NCBI GenBank assembly: GCA_007134675.1 | Contig: SLKJ01000012.1 | Location: 6,513 to 70,512 of the forward strand | Length of the DNA: 64,000 nucleotides | Origin: Bacteroidales bacterium | GTDB lineage: Bacteria > Bacteroidota > Bacteroidia > Bacteroidales > PUMT01 | Direction: 5' to 3' | In this document: piece by piece, positions 45,857 through 56,644 of the stretch | How positions within the stretch are numbered: position 1 is the stretch's first letter | How the letters are laid out: each line of letters opens with the position of its first letter | Program-made: the position numbers and the translations under genes | Notes under the pieces: generated by a model | Seen by the model: only the letters and a program-made list of their open reading frames with translations | Databases searched by the model: none | What the model was told of the DNA's origin: nothing

Positions 45857-48631
45857 ATGGTTAAGAGGATTATCCTTATATCCCTTGTAATTATTGCTTT
45901 AGCTACTCTTGCAGGAGGCTATCTCCTGCTTCAGAGGAGCCTGATAACCGGAACAGATCCTTTCAATGCTGTTGCCGGTGATGCTGTTGTTATTGTACGG
46001 ACAAAAAACATTATCAGTTTCTTCTCTGCCCTCAAAAGCGGTAACGAGATGTGGAGCGACCTTGAGCAAGTGCTGGATGTCGATGGCATGTCAAAGGGTG
46101 TGGACTTTTTGGATTCTCTTCTTAAAGAAAACCAGAAGGCTTCCGAACTGGCTGATTGGAAGAGTCTTGTTTTTTCTGTCCATCCGTCCGGCAGGGACAG
46201 GTATGAAACGGTATATTACCTTGAGCTCACCTCTGCGAGAGAGAAAAGGATGGTCAGGGATCTGATGAGCGATCTTCTTTCCGGAGGGCCGCCTGTAAGT
46301 GAACGTGTCTATAACCGTACAAAAATTTATGATGCCTCTTTCAGGGCAGGAGGACGGGGTTATGATGTGTCATGGACTCTAAACAGGGGGGTATTTATTC
46401 TGAGTTATTCCGCCCTTCTGGTTGAAAATGCTGTTGACCAGCTTGATAACGGAGGCGGCTTGCATGAGGATGAGGCTTTTCAAAGAGTCCTGGCAACAAG
46501 CGGAGAAAATGTTGATGCAAATGTGTTTTTTAATCTAAAGGATTTTCCACAATTTATTTCCGCTTACTCCGGTGGTAAGAGTAAGAATCTGCTGGCCGGC
46601 TTTCCCGGTATGGGCGACTGGGCAGAGTTGGATCTCTATCTGCGGAATGATGCGATACTGCTGAATGGTTTCTCCTTGTCTGAGTCGTCAGATAATAATT
46701 ATCTTAACGTGTTCTCAGGACAATCGCCTGTCACCATTGGAGCCGAATCAGTCATACCTGGCTACTCATCCGGCTTTCTGGCTTTGGGACTGAGTGACCT
46801 GCCTCTTTTTTATGATAACCACCTTCGGTGGCTTGAGAGCATTGACAGAGCAGATGAATACAAAAAGATGAGAGAGGAGTTTATGGCTCTGACCGGATCG
46901 GTTCCCGATGAAGATTTTCATTCTTTTATGGAAGGTGAGGTAGCTCTTGTAAAGTCAGGATGGGAAAACCCTAATGAAAAAGGAGAGTTATTTCTGCTGA
47001 TGAAGACAAGGAGCCGGTCCCTTGCACTGGAAACCATGCTTGAGATGCTGAGGCACAATGCCCGGCTATCAGGTACTACCATCGACTCATACAGGGAGGT
47101 TTACCGGGTGGACAGGGAGACCCCGACAGATATCTACAGGTTCCCGTTCAGCAGGACGGGGGAGCTGCTGTTTGGAAAGATACTCGGTGCAGCAAATACC
47201 TCCTGGTTCACTTTCGTGGGAAATTATCTGGTATTCGGAGAATCAACAGAGGGATTGTCGGAATTTATTCATGCCAATGTTCTGAATCAGACTCTTAGCG
47301 CCGATACTCGCTTCAGAGATTTTTCAGAGTATCTGGTATCAAATAACAACTTCTGGTTATACTCCAATCTCGCACGCTCAGGCGGTCTGTTAACCACACT
47401 TGCCGATGGACAGATTTCTGAAAAAATAAAGGGAAACCCTGAATCACTGAGGAGGTTTCAGGCACTTTCGCTGCAGTTCGGATCGGGCAGAGAAATGTTG
47501 TATAATAATGTCTATCTCAAATATTCTCCGGATTTATTTGAAGAGCCGCAAACCGACTGGCAGACCCTGCTTGATACTGTTATAAATTTTAAGCCTGAGC
47601 TGCTGATAAATCATAATACAGGTGAGAACGAGATCTTTGTACAGGACCTTAACAATACCATCTACCTTATTAATAACGCAGGACGGATCCTCTGGAAAAA
47701 ACCCCTTCCGGGAAAGATTATGGGCAGCGTCTACCAGATCGACTATTACAGGAATAACAGGCTTCAGATGCTGTTCAACACCAGGGAACAGATATATTTA
47801 CTCGACCGCAATGGCAATGATGTGGGCAGGTACCCTTTACGGCTTCCCTCTCCTGCCACTAATGGCATATCTGTGTTTGACTATGATAACAACAAGGATT
47901 ACAGGATCTTTGTGGCATGTGAGGACAAGTCGGTTACAGTAAGGTCCAAAGAGGGCAATATCGTTACCGGTTGGACCTTTGAAGGTACCGAGCATAATGT
48001 CTACCATGAAATACAGCATTTCAGGAGCGGGGGTAGGGATTACATTGTATTTGCCGACAGGCACAGGTTGTATATACTTGACAGGAGGGGTAATATAAGG
48101 ACAAGGCCCGACAGGGTGTTTCCCGTTTCAACCCGCAACAATATGGTTTTTGAAGGAAGAACACCTTCAGCAGCCCCCAGGCTCGTGCTTACCGACACCT
48201 TGGGCAGCGTCTGGAATATTTATCTTGACGGCAAGACCGAATTGAGAAAACTGGGTGATTATTCCGCAAATCATTATTTTGATTTTCAGGATGTTAATGC
48301 AGACGGTTTCCGGGATTATATTTTTCTGGACAATAATCGCCTTGATGTATACGGGAGGGACGGAGCCCCTATGTTCAGCCGTGAATTTGTGGTCAACGTA
48401 GATCATGCCCCCGCTTATTATCATTTTTCCAGACATGACAGGAAATTAGGAGTGGTTTCGCAGAGTGCGGGACAGATCTTCCTGGTTAATTCAGATGGAG
48501 AAATATACCAGGGTTTCCCCCTTCATGGCAGGTCATACTTTACAATTGGGTTTCTGCATTCGGGCCGCGGAAATTTTCAATTAATTGTTGGCTCGGACGA
48601 CAACTTTTTATACACTTACTTTGTTTACTGA
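45857..48631 (+). CDS. Membrane-anchored DUF3352-like protein with C-terminal beta-propeller
   Basis: N-terminal TM anchor; C-terminal repeats QDLNN.IYL..G..LW, LDRNG, FDYDNNKDYR. Confidence 0.65.
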   Translation: MVKRIILISLVIIALATLAGGYLLLQRSLITGTDPFNAVAGDAVVIVRTKNIISFFSALKSGNEMWSDLEQVLDVDGMSKGVDFLDSLLKENQKASELADWKSLVFSVHPSGRDRYETVYYLELTSAREKRMVRDLMSDLLSGGPPVSERVYNRTKIYDASFRAGGRGYDVSWTLNRGVFILSYSALLVENAVDQLDNGGGLHEDEAFQRVLATSGENVDANVFFNLKDFPQFISAYSGGKSKNLLAGFPGMGDWAELDLYLRNDAILLNGFSLSESSDNNYLNVFSGQSPVTIGAESVIPGYSSGFLALGLSDLPLFYDNHLRWLESIDRADEYKKMREEFMALTGSVPDEDFHSFMEGEVALVKSGWENPNEKGELFLLMKTRSRSLALETMLEMLRHNARLSGTTIDSYREVYRVDRETPTDIYRFPFSRTGELLFGKILGAANTSWFTFVGNYLVFGESTEGLSEFIHANVLNQTLSADTRFRDFSEYLVSNNNFWLYSNLARSGGLLTTLADGQISEKIKGNPESLRRFQALSLQFGSGREMLYNNVYLKYSPDLFEEPQTDWQTLLDTVINFKPELLINHNTGENEIFVQDLNNTIYLINNAGRILWKKPLPGKIMGSVYQIDYYRNNRLQMLFNTREQIYLLDRNGNDVGRYPLRLPSPATNGISVFDYDNNKDYRIFVACEDKSVTVRSKEGNIVTGWTFEGTEHNVYHEIQHFRSGGRDYIVFADRHRLYILDRRGNIRTRPDRVFPVSTRNNMVFEGRTPSAAPRLVLTDTLGSVWNIYLDGKTELRKLGDYSANHYFDFQDVNADGFRDYIFLDNNRLDVYGRDGAPMFSREFVVNVDHAPAYYHFSRHDRKLGVVSQSAGQIFLVNSDGEIYQGFPLHGRSYFTIGFLHSGRGNFQLIVGSDDNFLYTYFVY

Positions 48632-48633
48632 AA

Positions 48634-50709
48634 ATGAAAAAATATTATATTCTTTCCATGATGATGATACTGCTTCTGGCAGGATCATGCTTAAGAGATA
48701 ATTTTGATTTTGACATGTTGTCTGACAGAATCGGTTACCAGCCCTCCATTTTAATCCCGCTGGTAAACGGCAGCCTTACCCTGGACAACCTTATTGAGTC
48801 TTATGATACTAATTTTGTTTTTGATCCCGACAACTCAATACGACTGGTTATCAGGGAAGATACACTTCTTACTTTTTCAAATGAAAGTATCTTCAAAGTT
48901 CCCGTTCCTGAACAGATTTCCGGACAATTCCAGCTGGCTCCCCTGGGCCTTGATCCGATAAGCTCCTCTTCGGTTATAACCCTGGGAGATATTGTGGCAC
49001 CGGGCCGTATGAATGATCCGGAAGCTTCTTTGATCAATGGTTCAGCAGGTACGATGATTGTATTTCCTGCAGTTGCGAGGCATGCAATTGGAAGTTTCAC
49101 CTCGGCGTCGGTCGCGGATTTCGAATTTGCCCGGTTTACCGGTGGTGAAATAATAATGTCGGTGACCAACAATTTTCCCGTTGAGGTAAGTATGGATTTA
49201 CACCTTGTCAATGTTCCTGACGATTCACAGGTAGGGGTTTTTAATTTCGGTAATATCGGACCGCAACAGACTGTTTCACGTGCAGCCACGCTTTCGGGAA
49301 CTATGGTACATAGCGAAATGCGTTTTGAGATTGCGGGTTTCAGCTCTCCGGGAAGCGGCACTGAACAGGTACCCATAAACCTTGATGATGACCTGGAGAT
49401 AGAGATCACTTCAGAAAACCTTATGGCTGAAAAGGGAAAAGCCAGGGTGCCTCTTACAGTTATCAGTTCAGGCAGTGATTTTCTGGACATGAATTTTGCA
49501 GCTGATCAGAGAATAGATGAACTTAACCTTGAAAGCGGTAAAGTGCTTTACCGGGTTGATAACAGCAGGGGGGGACTGATTCTGAATGTTGAGATGTCGA
49601 ATGTTTTAGCTTCAGATAGCCCCTTTGAGTTTAAAATCCTTACCGATGGCTCAGGGGGAATGACCGAAGGGGAAACATACTTTTCAGATGCCGATATTGA
49701 CCTGTCTGTCCATCAGGGCAGGCTGAGGGTTAATTACTCTCTGATGACCGGATCAGATGTGGGGATGACAGATTTTGACCTGACCCCGGGAGTGCTTGAT
49801 TTCAATGTAGGTTTCAGCGATTTTAAACCCGGTTATGCAAGTGGTTATTTCGGTGCGAGGGAGGTTATAACCGGAAAACAAATCTTTATTGAGTACGATA
49901 TTTTTGACAGGATAACCGGTAACTTCCGGTTTGTCAACCCAACAATCCGGTTTTTATATGAGAACAGCCTTGGTGTGCCTTTCTACACTAATTTTAACCT
50001 TGAGGGTGCATCCTCCGGTGGCAGAGAGCAGGTTCGTCTGCCGGAAGAGGGTTCCCTGAGCATTGAGATTGGATCTGCTGAAGCGCCTTTTGACAATACT
50101 TCCGGTGAAATTCCTCTGGGCAGGGAGGCTGCAGGAGTGGTAGAATTTGTTTCACTCCCTCCTTCGATGTTCACGTTTGAATCCTCTACCCTTAGGAATC
50201 CTCAGGGAGATACCGGCACTCCCAATTTCATAACTTCAGGCAGCAGTTTGAACCTGAATATGGAAATTGATCTGCCGCTCGAGTTGCAGCTGGCGGACCT
50301 GGTACTGACCGATACGGTTGTGATTGATATTGATACTGAGAATATTGAGTTATTATTTCTCGATCTGGAGGCTGCAAACGGATTCCCGCTGGGCTTGTCG
50401 GTTGATCTCAGCCTTTATGACTCGGTCAGCAACATCGTACTCCATACTTTTGAAGATATCGTAAGTTTGAAAGCTGCACCCATTGAAGAAGACGGGTTTG
50501 TCGTTCCGGGAAAATCAACCACCTCCAGGGCCAGCGTTGAGATAATTGGAGCCACGATCGATCATCTCGGACAGGCAGGGTATATGATCATAACAGCGCG
50601 GATTGACACTGGCGAACATGACAGCCAGCAGGTGCCTGTCAGATTTCAGACAACCGATAGTTTTGATTTCAGAATGAAATTGAGGGCTAGATTAAACATA
50701 ATAAATTAA
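48634..50709 (+). CDS. Large beta-rich lipoprotein, paralog 1
   Basis: Lipobox AGSC followed by LRDNFDFD; clearly paralogous to 53010-55097. Confidence 0.8.
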   Translation: MKKYYILSMMMILLLAGSCLRDNFDFDMLSDRIGYQPSILIPLVNGSLTLDNLIESYDTNFVFDPDNSIRLVIREDTLLTFSNESIFKVPVPEQISGQFQLAPLGLDPISSSSVITLGDIVAPGRMNDPEASLINGSAGTMIVFPAVARHAIGSFTSASVADFEFARFTGGEIIMSVTNNFPVEVSMDLHLVNVPDDSQVGVFNFGNIGPQQTVSRAATLSGTMVHSEMRFEIAGFSSPGSGTEQVPINLDDDLEIEITSENLMAEKGKARVPLTVISSGSDFLDMNFAADQRIDELNLESGKVLYRVDNSRGGLILNVEMSNVLASDSPFEFKILTDGSGGMTEGETYFSDADIDLSVHQGRLRVNYSLMTGSDVGMTDFDLTPGVLDFNVGFSDFKPGYASGYFGAREVITGKQIFIEYDIFDRITGNFRFVNPTIRFLYENSLGVPFYTNFNLEGASSGGREQVRLPEEGSLSIEIGSAEAPFDNTSGEIPLGREAAGVVEFVSLPPSMFTFESSTLRNPQGDTGTPNFITSGSSLNLNMEIDLPLELQLADLVLTDTVVIDIDTENIELLFLDLEAANGFPLGLSVDLSLYDSVSNIVLHTFEDIVSLKAAPIEEDGFVVPGKSTTSRASVEIIGATIDHLGQAGYMIITARIDTGEHDSQQVPVRFQTTDSFDFRMKLRARLNIIN

Positions 50710-50743
50710 CCAGGCAAAATACCTGCAAATACCTCTCTGCACT

Positions 50744-52678
50744 ATGAATTTTACCCAGATTTACTCACGGACGTATGAAAGCCTTAAAATAACGGCCCGC
50801 CTGACCGGAAAGTTTTTTCTTCTGCTCTTAATTTATTCAGCTTTTATTTCCGGGTTGTATGCACAAAACAGCCAGACTCTGTACTTCATTGACCGCCTTC
50901 CACAGTCCTCGCTTATCAATCCTGCATTCCAGCATCACCACAACTACCATATCGGATTGCCGGGGATTTCCTCAATCAACGTGAATGCAAAAACAAATTT
51001 TGTCAGTTTCAGTGACATCTTTTTCAGACACCCGCAAAGCGACTCCCTTTTAACTTTTCTGCATCCCGATGCAGATATCGGAGAGTTTAAGTCCAAATTG
51101 TTAAATATGAACTCCCTGTCCCAGGATCTTGGCTTAAATATTCTGTCTTTTGGGTTCAGAGCTGGTAAATCCTTTTTCAGCTTCAATATCTCAGAACGTT
51201 CATCATTTAAGGCTGATCTGCCCAGAGATCTTTTTTTACTGGGACTGGAGGGGAATGAACAGTTTATGGGGGTTGAGGCCGTTTTATCCGATCTGGGTGC
51301 TGACCTCATCTATTTCAGAGAATATGCCGCAGGCTATTCCCGCCGGGTTAATGAGAGAATCAGCCTCGGTGGAAGGGCAAAACTCCTTTTCGGTAAAGCC
51401 GGACTGTTTCTTGCTGACACAGATATGAGCCTCTTTACCGATCCTGAAAGCTATAACACAAGAGTGCGCTCCAGGTTTAATATGAATCTCTCAATGCCGG
51501 TTACCCTGGTGAAAAACGATGATGGCGACATTGAGGAGGTAATATCAAATTTTGGTACAGAAGGATATGACCCGCTTGATTTTATCTTCAACAGTCGTAA
51601 TACAGGTTTTGCCCTGGATATCGGGGCAACCTACAGGATCATTGATCAGGCTACTGTTTATGCCAGTATTACAGATCTGGGATTTATAAACTGGAAAGAG
51701 GATGTCTATAACTTTTCGGTGGATGGTGATTTTGAATACGATGGGATTAATCTCTCTCCCCTTTTCAATGACGATGATTTTGATCCTGTGGATAATCTCC
51801 TGGATTCGATCAAGGGTATTTTCAGCCTGAACGACACCCGGAAATCCTTCAGCAGTGGACTGCCTGCCAGGGTCTATCTTGGCGGTAGCTATGATCTTAC
51901 TCCAGAGTTGAGTCTCGGATTGCTGAGCCGGTCGGAGATATACAATGGAAGACTTGATCAGGCATTCACCCTGTCGGCCAATTCCAATATCGGAAGATGG
52001 CTTTCGGCATCCCTCTCCTGGTCAATGATGAACAACAGCTACAATAATCTTGGAGTAGGACTGGTTTTGCGCGGCGGAGGATTCCAGCTATATGCAATCT
52101 CTGATAATCTCAATACGGTATTTTACCCTCACAGAACAAGAAGCGCCAATTTATGGGTTGGTCTTAATCTGGTATTCGGTCATACACGTCCGAAAGAGAC
52201 AGTTGCAGATCAACCTTTTGCTGTCATACCGGAACCTCCTGTTCCTGAAGATCCCCCTGAAGAGCAAAAGCCTGAGCCGGAACCTGATCCGGAACCGGAA
52301 GTTATTGAGGAGCCTGAAGAGCCGGAACCTGATCCGGAACCGGAAGTTATTGAGGAGCCTGAAGAGCCGGAACCTGATCCGGAACCGGAGTTTGTTGAAG
52401 AGCCTGAAGAGCCGGAACCTCTTCCCGAAATTGTTCCGGATCCTGTTGAGCCCTCTACTGGTTATTATATTGTAGTCGCCAGTTTCCAGACAATGAAACG
52501 TGCATCGCAGCACGTCGGGGAATTAGGGGAAAAAGGTTACGAGGCCGATGTGCTCTATTCGGGGCCATACAGGTACAGGGTCTATACACATTTTTTCGAC
52601 AATCGCAGCCAGGCATTGCAGATGCTTGAGGAAATGCGGTCGCTCGGTTTTCCCGATGCCTGGCTCCTGAGGCAATAA
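50744..52678 (+). CDS. DUF5723 outer-membrane protein with Pro/Glu linker and SPOR domain
   Basis: QSSLINPA, Y.REYAAG, GFALDIGATY, SITDLGFINW; EPEP linker; C-terminal YYIVVASF...FPDAWLL. Confidence 0.85.
   Translation: MNFTQIYSRTYESLKITARLTGKFFLLLLIYSAFISGLYAQNSQTLYFIDRLPQSSLINPAFQHHHNYHIGLPGISSINVNAKTNFVSFSDIFFRHPQSDSLLTFLHPDADIGEFKSKLLNMNSLSQDLGLNILSFGFRAGKSFFSFNISERSSFKADLPRDLFLLGLEGNEQFMGVEAVLSDLGADLIYFREYAAGYSRRVNERISLGGRAKLLFGKAGLFLADTDMSLFTDPESYNTRVRSRFNMNLSMPVTLVKNDDGDIEEVISNFGTEGYDPLDFIFNSRNTGFALDIGATYRIIDQATVYASITDLGFINWKEDVYNFSVDGDFEYDGINLSPLFNDDDFDPVDNLLDSIKGIFSLNDTRKSFSSGLPARVYLGGSYDLTPELSLGLLSRSEIYNGRLDQAFTLSANSNIGRWLSASLSWSMMNNSYNNLGVGLVLRGGGFQLYAISDNLNTVFYPHRTRSANLWVGLNLVFGHTRPKETVADQPFAVIPEPPVPEDPPEEQKPEPEPDPEPEVIEEPEEPEPDPEPEVIEEPEEPEPDPEPEFVEEPEEPEPLPEIVPDPVEPSTGYYIVVASFQTMKRASQHVGELGEKGYEADVLYSGPYRYRVYTHFFDNRSQALQMLEEMRSLGFPDAWLLRQ
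52274..52420. repeat. In-frame 45-bp tandem repeat (3.3 copies, EPEPDPEPEVIEEPE)
   Basis: Units at 52274, 52319, 52364, 52409. Confidence 0.92.
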
Positions 52679-52928
52679 TAACACCAGATACAGCTGGCTT
52701 TATTTTAACCCAAAACCCTCCTGTTTTGGGATAGGAATATACTGCAGATCCGGCAACCGGCTATTTATCAGGTTATTCTTGCTCCTGCCCGGCAGATGCT
52801 GGTTTACTGCAGGCATTAAGCAACAAGACCGGAAAATTTATCTAAGGTTACCGACCGAAATGATAACTTTATTAAAATAAACACGTATACTTATTTTAAA
52901 TTGCGCTTGAAATCCATGGCTGCATCGG

Positions 52929-52936
52929 TAAATTTG
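52929..52936 (+). promoter_or_regulatory. -7 promoter element for the second lipoprotein/DUF5723 copy
   Basis: TAAATTTG, with CTTG 19 nt upstream. Confidence 0.45.
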
Positions 52937-53009
52937 GTTAATAACCAGCTCGTTGTCAGGGGTTTCTTGTTTTGCGGATATCCAGATTAATAAATATAAA
53001 ATATGGTGT

Positions 53010-55097
53010 ATGAAAAAATTTCCGTTTATTTATTCATTTTTAATTCTTCTGTTGCTCGGATCCTGTATCAAGGATAATTTTGATACTGAAAGGTTGTCTG
53101 ACAGGATCAGTTACCGCCCCTCTTTTGTAATTCCTCTGGCCAAGGGCAGCCTGACACTGGGCAACCTTCTGGAGCCGGATGATTCGCTTATCTTTTTTGA
53201 TGCTGATAATTCAATAAGGTTAGTGATCAGGGAGGATTCAATTTTTTCAGTTTCGTTTGAGGACGTTCTTAAGATACCACTCCCTGAATCTGCTTCCAGG
53301 CAGTTTCCGGTAACGCCTGTTCCCCTGGATCCATTCAATTCGACTTCAGTTATCAACCTCGAAGATCTTGTTGAACCCGGCCGGATAGGAGATCCGGAAG
53401 CGTCCACAATTCATGGCTCAGCCGGGAGCACTATCCACTTTCCATCCGTTCCCGAACAAAGCATTGGTAGTTTCCCTGCCGATCCTCTTGTAGATATTGA
53501 TTTTGCCCGGTTCACCCAGGGCGAGGTAGAGATGACGGTTACAAACAATCTTCCTGTTGGGGTTAGTATGGATATTATCCTGTTTAATGATCCTGAGGGG
53601 GAGCAGGTCGGGATTTTTACTTTTGAGAATCTGGGACCCGGACAAACGGACTCACGTTCGGCGTCGCTTTCAGGAATTACAGTTCGCCAGAATATGAGCC
53701 TCGAGATTGTGAGGTTTAGCTCTCCGGGTAGTGGTGGTGAACAGGTGTTCATAGATCTGGCCGATGATCTTGAAATAGAGATCTCTTCAAACGGCCTTCT
53801 GGCTGAAACAGGCAATGCAAAGCTGCCTCTTTTTGATATAGATGCGGGCAGCGATTTACTCAGAATGGACTTTCCCGCGAATCAGCGGATAGATGAGCTG
53901 AACCTTGAAAGCGGAACGGTACATTATGGGGTAGACAACAATGTTGGGGGAATTATGCTGAAGGTTGAGATGGCTAATGTAACAAGTTCCGGTGATTCAT
54001 ATGAGTTTAATCTCAGTCCCGATGGTACAGGAGGGATGTATGCAGGAGAAGAATCTCTTTCGGATGTCGAGATTGACCTTGCTGCTCATGACAGCAGACT
54101 GATGGTGAACTACTCCCTGGTAATCGGATCGGATGAGGGGATGACATATTTTGACTTTACACCGGGAATGCTTTCGCTCAATTTGGATTTCAGCGGTTTT
54201 ACCACCGGCTATGCCAGTGGCTATTTCGGGTATGAGGAGTTTGATCTTGAAGATGAGGATATGAATATAGAAATTGATATCTTCGAAAATATAACCGGCG
54301 ATTTCAGGTTAACCAACCCCTCGGTCCGCATTTTCTATGAGAACAGCCTTGGTGTACCGTTCCACTTAGAATTTAATCTTGAGGGTGAGTCTTCCGGAGG
54401 CGAAAATAAGGTTACGCTGCTTGAACCGGATCACCCGGGATTTAATATTGAGTATCCGACAGAGCCTTTCAATATAGCTTCCGGAGATATACTTATAGAC
54501 AGGGAAACTTCAGAGATAGTTGAATTTATTGCTCTTCCTCCTGCAAAGATCCAGTTTGATGCCATTACTAGCCAGAATCCGCTTGGTGATACCGGCACCC
54601 TTAATTTTATAACTTCACAAAGCCACATGCATGTGGGTCTGGAGATAGAACTGCCGCTTGAAATGCAGTTAACTAATCTGGGACTAACCGATACTATTGA
54701 GATTGATATGGATCCTGAAGATATTGATATTATCGAGATGCTGATATTGAATCTTGAGGTAACAAACCGTTTTCCGCTTGGCATATCACTTGACCTCAGC
54801 CTGTATGACTCGGTTCAGAATGTCGTACTGCATGCCTTTGATAACATTGTCCTTCTGGATGCTGTTCCTGTTGATGAGAACGGGATTGCTGTTTCGGGAA
54901 ATGAAACTGATTCTTCCGCAAGTATTGAGATCAGCGGAAGCACTATAGATCATCTCCGGCAGGCTACCCATATAATTTTGTCTGGCAGCATGAATACCGG
55001 AAGGCATGGTAATGAGCAGGTACCTGTAAAATTTCTGACAACCAGTGGTCTTGATTTTAAAATCAGGCTCAAGGCAGATCTTAATATTGAAAATTAA
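53010..55097 (+). CDS. Large beta-rich lipoprotein, paralog 2
   Basis: MKKFPF..lipobox LGSC followed by IKDNFDTE; ATG at 53010. Confidence 0.8.
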   Translation: MKKFPFIYSFLILLLLGSCIKDNFDTERLSDRISYRPSFVIPLAKGSLTLGNLLEPDDSLIFFDADNSIRLVIREDSIFSVSFEDVLKIPLPESASRQFPVTPVPLDPFNSTSVINLEDLVEPGRIGDPEASTIHGSAGSTIHFPSVPEQSIGSFPADPLVDIDFARFTQGEVEMTVTNNLPVGVSMDIILFNDPEGEQVGIFTFENLGPGQTDSRSASLSGITVRQNMSLEIVRFSSPGSGGEQVFIDLADDLEIEISSNGLLAETGNAKLPLFDIDAGSDLLRMDFPANQRIDELNLESGTVHYGVDNNVGGIMLKVEMANVTSSGDSYEFNLSPDGTGGMYAGEESLSDVEIDLAAHDSRLMVNYSLVIGSDEGMTYFDFTPGMLSLNLDFSGFTTGYASGYFGYEEFDLEDEDMNIEIDIFENITGDFRLTNPSVRIFYENSLGVPFHLEFNLEGESSGGENKVTLLEPDHPGFNIEYPTEPFNIASGDILIDRETSEIVEFIALPPAKIQFDAITSQNPLGDTGTLNFITSQSHMHVGLEIELPLEMQLTNLGLTDTIEIDMDPEDIDIIEMLILNLEVTNRFPLGISLDLSLYDSVQNVVLHAFDNIVLLDAVPVDENGIAVSGNETDSSASIEISGSTIDHLRQATHIILSGSMNTGRHGNEQVPVKFLTTSGLDFKIRLKADLNIEN

Positions 55098-55133
55098 GCA
55101 AATCAGTTTGTGCATCAAAATAAATCTATACCA

Positions 55134-56609
55134 ATGAATATTTTCCGATCTATCAACAAACCATACAAAATCACCACAAAGCTGGTCAACACAACAGCAA
55201 AAGCTGTTCTTCTGGCATTTCTGGTGACCGGCACACTGCCGGTTTTGCAGGCTCAGGTAAGTCAGACCGTTTATTTCATGGACAGGCTGCCACAGTCGTC
55301 GCTAATCAATCCCGCGATCCAGCATTATCATAATTTTCATATAGGATTGCCGGGTATATCTTCTCTCAATGTTAATGCGAGGACAAATTTTTTCAGCTTC
55401 AGTGACCTGATCTTTAAACATCCCCAGTATGACTCGCTGATATCCTTCCTGCATCCGGACGTTGATATAAGGAATTTTACATCCCGGCTAAGGGACAGGA
55501 ACACTATCGCTCCTGATCTACACGTAAATATTCTTTCCTTTGGGTTCAGGACAAACAGATCATTTGTCAGTTTCAATATTTCCGAAAGGGCTTCAACAAG
55601 GGCTAATTTGCCAAAGGATCTTGTTTTGCTCGGACTTCATGGAAATGAGCAGTTTATTGATAAAGAAGCTGACTTTACGAATATCGGCGTCGACATGAAT
55701 TATTTCAGGGAGTATGCTGCAGGGTTTTCATATCGTGTTGATGACAGGCTTAATGTGGGGGGAAGGGCAAAGCTCCTTTTCGGAAAGGCCAACCTTTCTT
55801 TTGCCGATAGTGATATAAACATCTACACCGATCCGGATAGTTATAACATGAGACTTCGGTCAAAATTCACAATGAACCTCTCAATGCCTGTTACTCTGGT
55901 AAAAGATGAGGATGGTGAAATAGAAGACATAATACCGCATTTTGATAATGACGGCTATGACCCCCTTGATTTTATTTTAAACAGTCGTAATGCAGGTTTT
56001 GCCCTGGATATCGGAGCAACCTACAGGATCATCGATCAGGTCACTGTTTATGCCAGTATAACAGATCTGGGATTCATAAACTGGAAACAGGATGTTTACA
56101 ACCTTACTATGGATGGTGATTTTGATTTCGATGGGATTGACCTTTCATCCCTTTTCAATTATGCCGATGATTCTGATCCTGCAGATAATCTTCTTGATTC
56201 ACTTAAAGGTATTTTCAGTATTGACGATACCCAAAATTCATTCAGCAGGGGACTGCCCACAAGGATCTATCTTGGCGGAACTTATGATCTTCACAGGACT
56301 TTTAGTCTGGGACTTCTGAGCCGTTCTGAAATATATCAGAATAATCTGGAACAGGCTCTTACCCTCTCAGGCAATCTTAACCTGGGAAGACGTTTATCAA
56401 CATCGGTTTCATATTCGATGATGAATAACAGCTATAATAACTTTGGAATGGGACTTTCGCTGCGTGGATTAATGTTTCAGTTTTATATGATTACAGATAA
56501 TCTGAATACCATTTTTTATCCTCACAGAACAAATAGTGTTAATTTGTGGTTCGGGTTTAACATGATGTTTGGACATGTTAAAAACATTCAGGCACTGCCT
56601 TCAAGGTAG
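55134..56609 (+). CDS. DUF5723 outer-membrane protein, paralog 2 (no SPOR tail)
   Basis: Same motifs as 50744-52678; ends just after WFGFNMMFG; start uncertain (55110/55134). Confidence 0.85.
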   Translation: MNIFRSINKPYKITTKLVNTTAKAVLLAFLVTGTLPVLQAQVSQTVYFMDRLPQSSLINPAIQHYHNFHIGLPGISSLNVNARTNFFSFSDLIFKHPQYDSLISFLHPDVDIRNFTSRLRDRNTIAPDLHVNILSFGFRTNRSFVSFNISERASTRANLPKDLVLLGLHGNEQFIDKEADFTNIGVDMNYFREYAAGFSYRVDDRLNVGGRAKLLFGKANLSFADSDINIYTDPDSYNMRLRSKFTMNLSMPVTLVKDEDGEIEDIIPHFDNDGYDPLDFILNSRNAGFALDIGATYRIIDQVTVYASITDLGFINWKQDVYNLTMDGDFDFDGIDLSSLFNYADDSDPADNLLDSLKGIFSIDDTQNSFSRGLPTRIYLGGTYDLHRTFSLGLLSRSEIYQNNLEQALTLSGNLNLGRRLSTSVSYSMMNNSYNNFGMGLSLRGLMFQFYMITDNLNTIFYPHRTNSVNLWFGFNMMFGHVKNIQALPSR

Positions 56610-56644
56610 CATTTAATCAGAAATACAAAACTTGTTTTACAGTT

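Noticed and set aside
48801..49490. Long antisense ORFs (this 229-aa one, 40094-40681, 42264-42827 and others)
   Set aside because: They are shadows of well-supported genes on the opposite strand with no protein motifs of their own
52709..52730. Hairpin CCCAAAAC/GTTTTGGG after the DUF5723-SPOR gene
   Set aside because: Short, AT-rich stem without a U-tail; terminator function unsupported
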